Translations under genes and position numbers: made by a program | Shown here: in pieces, positions 18,001 to 26,100 of the stretch | How the letters are laid out: every line of letters starts with the position of its first letter | Position numbering within the stretch: the first letter of the stretch is position 1 | From: a virus | Lineage: Duplodnaviria; Caudoviricetes | IMG/VR virus record: IMGVR_UViG_3300043442_000626 | Span: 1-33,777 of that record | Strand: one strand, 5' to 3' | Length of the DNA: 33,777 bases | The notes under the pieces: generated by a model | Databases searched by the model: none | Seen by the model: the letters and a program-made list of their open reading frames with translations, nothing else | Told to the model about the DNA's origin: nothing

Positions 18001-19479
18001 ATCACAGTACAATGTTTTTATTGGAACCATATAATCATATCCGTCAACATCAACCACAATGTCATAAAATTTAATTTGTATATTATTTGAAAGATATTTA
18101 GATATAATGCTTTCTGTATTATTTTCATTAAACGCATCGTCATAGTCAAATATAGAAAGGCTACCAACAGATGCTAAAAGTTGTCCAACTGGAAGGCCAC
18201 TAGATCCTAGATCGGATGCAGATTTCTTAACTGAAAATCCAGTTACTTTTTCTGAAATATCTGCAACAAGTCTAGGTGAAAGTTCAATTAAATCAAAAGT
18301 AGAATTAACTTTATTCATTGTGTCTACGATAACTCTTATACCCCTTATATTTTCAAACTCTCTATATATTGTTTTATTCTCATTTTGAGATAAAAAAGAT
18401 ATTGGGGCTGTTAAGTCTGTTACAAAATTAGTTAGCCTTGTAACTGTTTCTTCTTCTAAATACCACCCATATGTTGGAATAAATGTTTCCCATGAATTAT
18501 TAAACCATATATGATAAATACCTATATCATTTTCATTTTCTTTTATTAGATATGCATACCCATTTACGGATTCTTTTGGTAAAAATGATTCACTATAGTA
18601 TTCTTCTGCACGTATGAAAACATCTTTATATTTATCAGGAACCTTAAGTCCATAGGCTAGTTCTACATATCCATCTGATTTAATAATTGATGTACCGTCT
18701 TTTCTTTTTGAATTTGAATCAAATGAAATAACATCTATCCAATCGTTCTGTTTTAAATACTGAATCTTCCATTTTAATGGAGTTGTCTTATTGAGTTCCC
18801 CATAAAGCGGATCTGGAAAAGATCCCCCAGGTCCAGAAAAGGGACCTAAGTCAATAGAGCCTACGTTTGTTTGCATCTTAACAACTATTCTATTTGCTGG
18901 TACAGGATTACTATACACAACAAATGGACAGGCATCATCGATAAAGTATTGACCATTAATTTGTTTATTGGCAATTCCAAAAACTGAACCATTTTCAGTT
19001 CTATATGATGTCCAATATTTAAAATTATCATTTTTATCTGCCATATAATACCTTGGTCTATTTGACATATTTAAATTTGAATGATGTATTTTTCTTCCTG
19101 GAATATATGTTGATTTGTTAATTCCAGACCTTGGTCTAAATTTTTTAAAACAATCCTCTAAAGAATATAACATTTTATTTTTAACGTTTTGTGATAAAAG
19201 GAACCACGGCTGCTCATTATCTGATGGGTCAATTCCTCCGTCTATTTTAATATCTGAATCTGTAGCGTTAGTATAAAAATTTCCAAGATCATTTACATCA
19301 AAACTATTTGGTATAAGTTTGTATTTTTCTGAAACAGATAACGTAGGTCTATATCTATAATTTCCTATTTTAAAAATATTATTAGCAATATTCATATTCC
19401 ATTCTGCAATTATTGCAGATTGAGTTTTTATTGTGTTCGATGACTCAATATGTGTTTTTAGACTTTCATTTTGAAACAT
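15073..19479 (-). CDS. Large minor tail protein (tail tip/hub; possible lectin-like receptor-binding domain)
   Basis: About 1468 aa, second gene after TMP; hub-like segments (VLNDLAISTQTAMFFDEYNNF; IQLGDIVNI) and a ConA-like beta segment (FYLYINNQIVG...FENIYA). Start 19479 overlaps the upstream TAA. Confidence 0.7.
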   Translation of the reverse strand: MFQNESLKTHIESSNTIKTQSAIIAEWNMNIANNIFKIGNYRYRPTLSVSEKYKLIPNSFDVNDLGNFYTNATDSDIKIDGGIDPSDNEQPWFLLSQNVKNKMLYSLEDCFKKFRPRSGINKSTYIPGRKIHHSNLNMSNRPRYYMADKNDNFKYWTSYRTENGSVFGIANKQINGQYFIDDACPFVVYSNPVPANRIVVKMQTNVGSIDLGPFSGPGGSFPDPLYGELNKTTPLKWKIQYLKQNDWIDVISFDSNSKRKDGTSIIKSDGYVELAYGLKVPDKYKDVFIRAEEYYSESFLPKESVNGYAYLIKENENDIGIYHIWFNNSWETFIPTYGWYLEEETVTRLTNFVTDLTAPISFLSQNENKTIYREFENIRGIRVIVDTMNKVNSTFDLIELSPRLVADISEKVTGFSVKKSASDLGSSGLPVGQLLASVGSLSIFDYDDAFNENNTESIISKYLSNNIQIKFYDIVVDVDGYDYMVPIKTLYCDAFPKYNPNDRKVNLELRDLYFYFESIIAPQMLVTNVSLSYAVSLLLDSVGFSNYTFKRLSTEKELIIPFFYIGPDKTVASVLNDLAISTQTAMFFDEYNNFIMMSKNYMLPNSSERQSSFTFYGSKDFVQDNEIQNKTINSKLTNIIDIASTDKSVFNDGKINYKSRYIQRSYGTIKQASMVDNDAAAKNWIYKPVLLWEVTGENALRSINGETQSQSSYSLSAIPLNSDLSSVVPFVVGNQLTNNTIDLGEAVYWLGRHSGYFYANGEIIKFDAVQYSIPGAEKIIATQELNGKVSYSTTNIGAIGNVWISSNQEYQNYLGKLTFNGKIYPTGLVRIYAEPKYEEVNGITVMKNGDVARHGRGQFGTPILTHKAGLDEYWTNNSYVRGMDMKSEYLFGLQYIAQTQDEIIDSISETTELSNNPAGVNNIKAKENKRTGIIKNFLSTSFTKETQNNTIKSTQTGSIQSSALVMNGPSFSTTETPINFLSYQYKALTNKYKHFGTRMRIVGKIEATETRGQTPLNSTPYYVLPGSQPNQSLNISGGSGGIAVLLNPETNVGYYFEIISLTEKNVSDYSSAAENLHNVVFYKILSDENGNAIPIKLWGGFTSIVVDDGNFTGQSRIMGEENPTVYDLAIEYKELGSVRQFYLYINNQIVGIVDDNSPTPVYNNMALFVRGGSKCMFENIYALTNNYSQNTIFSLDTPVAAAFGDNEINANESFRKYAMSGIIQSTYLSGISPSQPPSFNMYFEEFGTIMREAAYLKIRYDKAYPALYAQLSPTFNRIKGYTVSGFRAGSYGAEFLIFNSTDTTINLDETSGNYLRIQGITFTQQSDNELTVDNYFAKNSNFSDPQIGKDGLIVSPIRSQQDYDKIKTSRLTYGRKEFSIDPPYIQSEDDANELMSWIIEKIMKPRKNIGMKVFNTPIIQLGDIVNIEYKNEDNVNVIAPSTSNFVVYNIDYQKDIGGPSMTLYLSEV

Positions 19480-20153
19480 TATACTTCTTCCAATGTAACC
19501 GTTATATTCCAAAAATCAAAATTGCTTCCGCCTCTTTTAACTACAGTATAGTTAAAGTCTGTAAAGTACATTTCAATTAATTGATTATATTGTGGTAAAT
19601 GTGCATATGAGTCATTATCAATATTTCCATCTTCATTTTTAAAATTTTTATATTTATCATAAGATAAGTAAACCCAAAAAGGTCCTTTATGATTTTCATA
19701 CCAATCTAAAATTTCAACACCACCAGCGCCTCCGTCGGTTGTAAATTCTAAATTATTATCATTAATATGTGGAGATTTTCCAGTAGTTGCATTAAACTCT
19801 GGTACCTGAAAATAAGAACGAGATGGTAGCATTTGCCAAGATGTACTTATCTGTAGTTTATCTGCTATGTGATAAGATCTCATTCTACCATTAATCATTC
19901 TTTCTCTTTTTTCAATTCGAACTGGTCTAAAATCTATTTCTTGTCTATTATCATCAGAAAGAATAATAAATTGATTATATAATAATTCATTTGTTTCACT
20001 TCCAACGTCTTGACCTACTTCTAATCCTGTAGGAACATATATTTTGGATCCTCCTGGAGTAGTTTCTACCAACGTTCCAGAGTTATTGGCCCAAAGCATC
20101 GCTTGTGGTCTTTGATATCTTCTTCTTCCAGTTATATAATTTGCTGTTGCCAT
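19479..20153 (-). CDS. Minor tail protein (distal-tail position)
   Basis: First gene after TMP, TAATG overlap; ERMINGRMRSY and terminal WNITVTLEEV. Confidence 0.65.
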   Translation of the reverse strand: MATANYITGRRRYQRPQAMLWANNSGTLVETTPGGSKIYVPTGLEVGQDVGSETNELLYNQFIILSDDNRQEIDFRPVRIEKRERMINGRMRSYHIADKLQISTSWQMLPSRSYFQVPEFNATTGKSPHINDNNLEFTTDGGAGGVEILDWYENHKGPFWVYLSYDKYKNFKNEDGNIDNDSYAHLPQYNQLIEMYFTDFNYTVVKRGGSNFDFWNITVTLEEV

Positions 20154-23100
20154 TAGACCGCTCTACTCCTTAATCTCTTTGAATCTACCTGACGAATCTG
20201 ACCCATTACTGCTCGTGCAATTTCGTCAGGATTTGCATCAGACTTTACATTAACAGCAATACTGTAATTATACACTGAAGCATCAGAATAAGTTCCGTTA
20301 TTTATTGCTCTCATTTTATCAAGGCCAAAACTATCTACTGCATATCTACTCATAACAAATTCACCAGGAGTAAGCATTGAAGGAATGACATCTGTCCCAA
20401 TTACAGGGCCACCAACAGCAAACCTTTTAATAATTCCACCAGAAGATTTACCTGAAGGCCAATTAGCAAACTGTGACGCTGCTATAGAATTTCCGCCAAA
20501 CTTAGCAATGTCTGCAGCAGCCTTAGCCTTTGCAGCAGCATCTGCTTTGGCTTTTGCTTCGGCTGCAGCCTTAGATGCAGAAGGAGATGATGCCATTACC
20601 TTTGTTGCTAAATCTACAACCTTCTTATCTTGTGCTGCAAGTGCATGCCCAAAATCACTTGGACTTTGATTTTTCTTACTATCATTGATTACTCTTTGTG
20701 ATGCTGCTGCTAACTGAGATCCAAAATCACTTACAGTAGCCCCAGCCTTTTTGCTATCTTCAACTATCTTATTATACGCAGCAGTAGCAGCAGTTCCAGG
20801 TTTAATTGTTTCTGCTACCATAGCATTATATTTATTTTTTTCATCAACTAAGTTAATTGCATTAATTACTGCTTGATCTAGTCTTGCTAAATCATGACCA
20901 AAGTCGCTTGGGGTTGCTCCAGGAGTCAAAGATTTTGCAACAACTTTATCGTATTCGCTTTTTGCCTCATCCAAATACTTGGTAAAACCATTAGTTTCTC
21001 TTCCAGTATAATCTTTAGTTGATCCAGTAGTAGATCCAGTAGTAGATCCATTATTATTTTTAGACCCGCTATTATTACCGTCTGTGTCGTCAGAAGAATT
21101 AAACGATCCTGCAGGAACACATCTTCCATCATCTGCCCTGACCATTCCTGGACCACATTCGCTTACAATTGGTACACAGTTTCCAGCATCATTCATAATA
21201 TAGCCAGGTCCACATGGTGAATCTGGTCCTGGTCCTGGCCCTGGTCCTGGCCCTGGTCCTGGTCCTGGTCCCGTTCCGCCAGAATTTTCATATATAGTTA
21301 TAATTTTATGTGTAGTTGTAATTATTTTTCCATCAAGTGAATTCCAATAATTAACAATATCTTCAACAACTCCAAGCGCTGCAGCAATTGCTTGCATATA
21401 TTCTGCACTAGATGTTCTTGCAATATCTATTCTATTTTTTATTGCCTCCCACTCTAGTTTACTTTTTCCAAGAACTGTAAGCGATTGAATTAGTTCTCTC
21501 TTTTTTGCTTCTTCAATACGTACTCTTTCTTGTGCTGGCTCAAGTTCTTCTTCTTCAATTTTAAATATTTGATCACGTAATTTTTTAATCTGATCTTCTA
21601 TTTGTGCACGAGTATATCCTTTTTCATTTCTAATATTTGCTAGTTCGTTTTCTTTAGCAGCATCAAGTAATTTTTGTTGATTATCAATTGCATCTGTTGC
21701 CTGTTGTGCTCTAATATCTTGTGCTGCTCTTGCTGCTGCTGCAATATCTCCTTGAGATAAAGCATCTGCTAAGGTTAATTGACCCTTTTGCTGTCTTGAT
21801 ATTTTTTCATTAATAGAACGAATTTCATCTAATGCTTTATATTTAGCATCATACTTATCATTAATTTTTTCTTCTTGCTCTTCAATACTCTTTAAACTTG
21901 CTTCCCAATCATCTATTTCATAATTAATTCCAGCAATTTTATCTTGTGCTTTTTCAATAATGTCTTGATCTTTTAATGTTTTAAACTGAAAATCAATATC
22001 AATTTTAGTTTCCATAACAGAAAACTTTTCCATAGCCTTTTCAAAGCCTTTGTTAAATATAGATTCTTTAAATTCTATAGAGTTAAGTACTTGTTGTAAT
22101 CTTTCTTGAAATACTGCTGCTTGCTCTTTTGTAAGTTTATCCCAATTTGCCATTGCTTCTCTTAGGGTATCGTCGCTAAGAATTGCATCTGCTTCAAGCC
22201 AACTCCAATTCTTTTCTTTTGCTACTTTTGCTAAATTTGCTCTTGCTGCTGCAGCCTGCTTATCTGCATCAATATCACCTTGTAAATCAGTTTTAATTTG
22301 ATTTCCTTTAGATAAAGTTTTTGCTTCTTTTAATAATTTAATTAATCTTTGTGCAGCCTTTGTATTACCCTCTGACGCTACCATTGCAGCAAATGCTTTA
22401 TCGGCAATTAACTCTTGTGTATCTGCATAACTTAATCCAGCCTCTCTTAATATATCATAAGCCTTTGACTGATCTGCAATTTCTTGTTTTAATTGAACCA
22501 TTTGCGATGCATAGTCTCCAGCAACAACGGCATTTAATGCTTCTTGAATGGTTTTAGCATCACGTTTAAGACCGATAATATTTCCTTTATTGTCAAACTT
22601 AAATAAATTATTTTTACGTTTTTCGTATTCTTTAGGGTCCATTCCTACAATAAGTTCAATAAAATTACCTTTAGCACCCAACCTTGCAAGATCTTGTTCT
22701 ATACCGCTAAAAATCTCTAGTCGTTTTTTGCCTCCAAAAAGTGAGTCTAAACTTTTCATTGAAGCCTTCCAGCCTTCTGTTACTTTGATTTGATTTTTAC
22801 GAACATCTCTTAACTTTTTAACAATATCATCTAGAGGAGAAGAATCTACCTTTCCACCGCTACTAGGACTCTTTGGTGGTGCTGCGTTAGCCTGGGCAAT
22901 AGATTCTTGTGTAACTTTCCAAGGTTGAAATTGTCTATAGGCAGCAATCTGTTCTCCAATACTTTTATTGGTATATGAAACTCCATTATACAAAGCACCT
23001 TCTTTTTGCCATTTAATAAATTCAGGATCTGCCTGTATTACTGGATCTGGAACATTTACAATGGTAGCAATTTCTTTTAAATATGTTATTCTTTCATCTT

Positions 23101-26100
23101 GAGATAGTTTTTCAAAATATGCTTGATCAATTGAACCCATAACATTTTCTGGTAAAAAGTTAGTCATTACGTCAAGAGTTAACTTACCCTTATTTTTATC
23201 AATGTTATCAATTACTTCTTGTGTTTTTTCTTGTACCTCTGGATTTTTCATATAAAAATTTAATATTGCTGACATATCAAATACTCCATTAGTATTTGCA
23301 ACTTCTGCGAAAAAGTCTACATATTTTGATGCATCTTTATCGTTATCTTTAGTAGACACATTTGCTAAAAATTTAGTCTGTAACTCTTTATTTGGTGTTC
23401 CATCTGGATTAGAAAACATTCCCATTACACGTGTAGCATTGTCTGCTGTAGTGGCACTAAATCTAGTTATAATGTCCATATACTGTTTTTGTACTTCTTT
23501 GTTGTCTCCAAAATTACTAAATAAAAACATTTGCTGGCTTGGAGTTAATTCTCCAGTTGACATTTTTACTTTAATTAAATATTGCTGTTCTTTTGTTAAT
23601 GCTGATTCTGACAATAAAGTTTTAGCAGCGTCAAGATATTGTATTTCATCACTACCCTTATATCTTTGTGTAAGAAGTTTATCTATACCAGTATCCATTG
23701 CTGATCTTACATTACCCTTAGTTGCTCCATAATTTGTCATTATATCTTTACTTAATTGTGCGCCCTTATCAACAAGATCGTTTCTATCTTTATCATATTT
23801 TGCCTGTAGTTCTTTTGCTTCCGCTATCTTTCCTTCTAATTCTAATTCTTTAATTTTCTTTTGATAATATAAATCTAAAGAATCTAACATTTCTTTTTGT
23901 TGCTCCATTTGTGCTCTTTGTGATGCAACAACTGCTCCAGACAATTTACCATTTCTTTCATTTGCTTTTCTTTGTGCAAAATATCCTCCAACAGCACCAC
24001 CTATAGCACCTATTCCTGCACCAATTACAGAGCCAATTCCTGGCAATATTGCTGTTCCAATTGCTGCACCAATTCCAGCACCTGCAGCAGTCATTCCACC
24101 CATAGCAACCTTTGGATCTACTGCTCCTATATTTAAAAATCCGCCACGACCACCCTTTTCCTGCATTTGCTGGAATAGTTGGTTATTGTTTTTTTCTGTT
24201 TGTTCTATTAACTTCATTCTAACTTCTAAAGGATCTTTTTCTAAATTTTCTCCATTTGGACCAATTAATTCATTTATTTGTGCAGTTACTGCAAACCCTA
24301 ATCCATAATTTCCTGTCTTTTGTCCAATATTTAAGGCTATTGATTTTGCTTGATTAGCATCTATTGCTCCAGATAAAACGCTGCTTACTAGTTGATTCGT
24401 TAGGTCTTCTCCAGTTGATTTTACACCACGAGTTTTTAAGGATTCGGTGGTGGCATCCATTACAGCCTTTCCTTCTTTGCTAGAAACATATGCTTCTCCA
24501 AATGTTGTTTTGCCTGGCTTTGCTCCTACCAATCCAAATTTTTGCTTGTTTCTTCTATCCATAATTTCTCCAGCAGTAACATTGCCAGAAAACTTTGCAA
24601 GATTTCTCATAGAGTCTCTGCTTGCAGAAAGAGATTCTCTTAATTTAATTGCTGAATCTTGTGCTTTATCAAACTCCATTCTTAATTTAATAATACCAGC
24701 AGCCATTGCGCCTATACCAACCACTAAGGCACCTATTGGGCTTTGAAGCATAGGCCCAATCATTGTAAGCATCATTAGTGGCATCATTAATTTTTGAGAT
24801 ATTTCTCCAACTTTCCCAGGAGCCATAGATCCAGCCATTGCAGCCATTGATAAGCCCATGCCAACTCCGCCCATGCCAACTCCTGGCCTTCCTCCACGCT
24901 CTGCCTTTGCAGCCCTTTGTTCCTCAATTTTATTTTGTCTCCAATTAGAAAATCTTCCTGATACAGTTGGCTTAGAAGGTCCAGCATTATTTACCATAGG
25001 GACTATTGTTGACTGTCTTAATGCTGCTTTCTCTGCTAATGCTTTTGCTCTTGCTTGCTGCTCTAATTGTCTACGCAAAGACTTTTGTGCTGGATCTATT
25101 GGTCCTGTACCATATAATGCTGCTCTAGATGCTGCTGCCAATTGAGCCTGAGACATTACTCCTTGAGTTGCTGCACTACCAATTTGTTTTCCTGCTGCTC
25201 TTGCATCATCAACATATTCTTTAAGACCTAAAATAGCACCAGATGCTATTTCTCCACCAATCTTTTTTGTTACTTTTGAAGGAGATGCAACTTGTGCTTT
25301 TTCCATCATTCCTTCTGCCAAACCTTTTTCTGCTAAACTTGCTAAACTAAAGCCTGCTCGTTTATAGAATGTAAACCTATCTCCTCCACGACGAATCTTC
25401 ATTCCGTTTACATCAACAGCACCCTTACTTCCGCCACCTGCAACTGTTGCAAGCCCTGCAGCCTTTTGTGCAGCCTGAGAAATATTTATTCTAGCCTCTC
25501 CAGCAGTAGTTGCTAACTGATCAAAAGATTTAATTAATCTATTCTCAGCACCCATTTTTCTTCTGCCATATTCGTAGGCTTCTTTTACATGAACATCTGT
25601 TACTCTAGTATTTGCATCAAGGCTAGTCAAATAATCTTTCATATGTGCATCCAAAATTGATAAATCTTGGACAACATCTTGCATCTTCATTCCACCATTG
25701 CGTAGAGATATCTTCCATCTATTAAGACCTCTCTTATCCCAATCAGCCATAAATTCGCCTTTAGCAACTCCACGTCCACCTGGCTTCATTAGGTTATTCA
25801 TTGAAACTTGTCGTCCATCAACATTAGACATACCAGTTGTTATACCTAATTTTCCATAAAGATTTATCTTTAATGTATTTGCAAACTTCATTGCAACTGC
25901 TTCAATTGCCTGCATTGCTCGTGCACTTATAATTCCTGCAGGCAATGCTTTTAATTTATTAACTAAATCTAATGCACCTATTGTTCTTGGATTCCCAATA
26001 TGTGAGAAGTCACCAGCACCCTTTGTTCCCTTGGAAAATTGTTCCATAGTTCCTCCAGCAATCATATGCGCTATTGCTGGTTTATTTGCTGGATCTTGTG

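Noticed and set aside
19476-19486. TATAAT at the 19479 gene junction (and near 995)
   Set aside because: Produced by a GTA-TAA-TG stop/start overlap or abutting the SD; the spacing is incompatible with a promoter for that gene.
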